A DNA stretch of 61,976 bases, filler included, from Choristocarpus tenellus KU-1152 (lineage: Eukaryota > Protista > Phaeophyceae): NCBI GenBank assembly GCA_964200185.2. It is 11 parts of 11 records of this genome, joined end to end, with 100 filler letters (N's around TTAATTAATTAA, not from the genome) between each part and the next. Parts side by side here need not be neighbours in the genome. Positions count along the whole stretch, not along the records: positions 58,382 to 61,976 come from CAXNAD020019051.1; 10 more parts are not named here. One strand, written 5' to 3'. Positions 61,571-61,976 of the stretch are shown one piece after another. Made by a program: the position numbers and the translations under genes. The notes under the pieces were generated by a model, which was not told the DNA's origin, made no database searches, and was given only the letters and a program-made list of their open reading frames with translations. Position 1 is the stretch's first letter; every line of letters starts with the position of its first letter.

Positions 61571-61976
61571 TTCAGCTGAAAGTGCCCTCCATGAGAAAGT
61601 GTTCAAAACACGTACGTATACCACAAGAGGATACAACAGGTGAGGTTGAAGATACCTCAACACCACCACCCTCCCCCTCTATTGTATTATATTATTATGC
61701 CTCGGACAGTTTGCATGTGTCAGGGGAAAAACTAGTGAAAAGCCAGTTGAATATGAGAACAACCTATGAAAAAGTAACAGTTGTAGATGTGAAAGACATT
61801 TTTCTATTTTCTATATTTACTATTTTACTACCAGCTATGCTACACCACTCCCCTCCTATGCCTTCAGCCTAGATTAGCCCAACACAGCTGGGGATGAGCT
61901 AGGGAAGCACCCCAAGAATCTGACAGGACCCTCCTTGTCCACGCCCCTGGTGTATCCAGCTTAAAATGCGTGACAC

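Overview
Eukaryotic, intron-rich and repeat-rich DNA, probably a stramenopile such as a brown alga (inference from the flagellar gene, short exons with long introns and scattered TTAGGG motifs). The window is not one locus. It is 11 short contigs joined by ten identical 100-bp artificial linkers (N-run, TTAATTAATTAA, N-run), so neighbours across linkers are not real synteny. Host genes rebuilt by manual splicing: the 5' eight exons of CFAP47 (with a GC-AG intron), a PhyH-family 2OG/Fe(II) dioxygenase (6 exons, 5' end missing), a PSP1-C domain protein (minus strand), two exons of a WD40 protein, two exons of an unidentified helical-repeat protein, and a possible secreted protein. Most of the remainder looks like decayed transposons (Copia, APE-LINE, CRE-like LINE, Penelope-like, hAT, piggyBac, Tc1/mariner), minisatellites and a dense set of ~260-290 bp MITEs. 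The most distinctive signal is that three MITE families with different interiors share a GRG(T/C)CAAAG-type terminus, with 4-bp AT-rich target duplications where these can be checked, which suggests one Sola-like mobilisation system. I see no CRISPR, rRNA or tRNA, and no novel multi-gene system that I can support with confidence.
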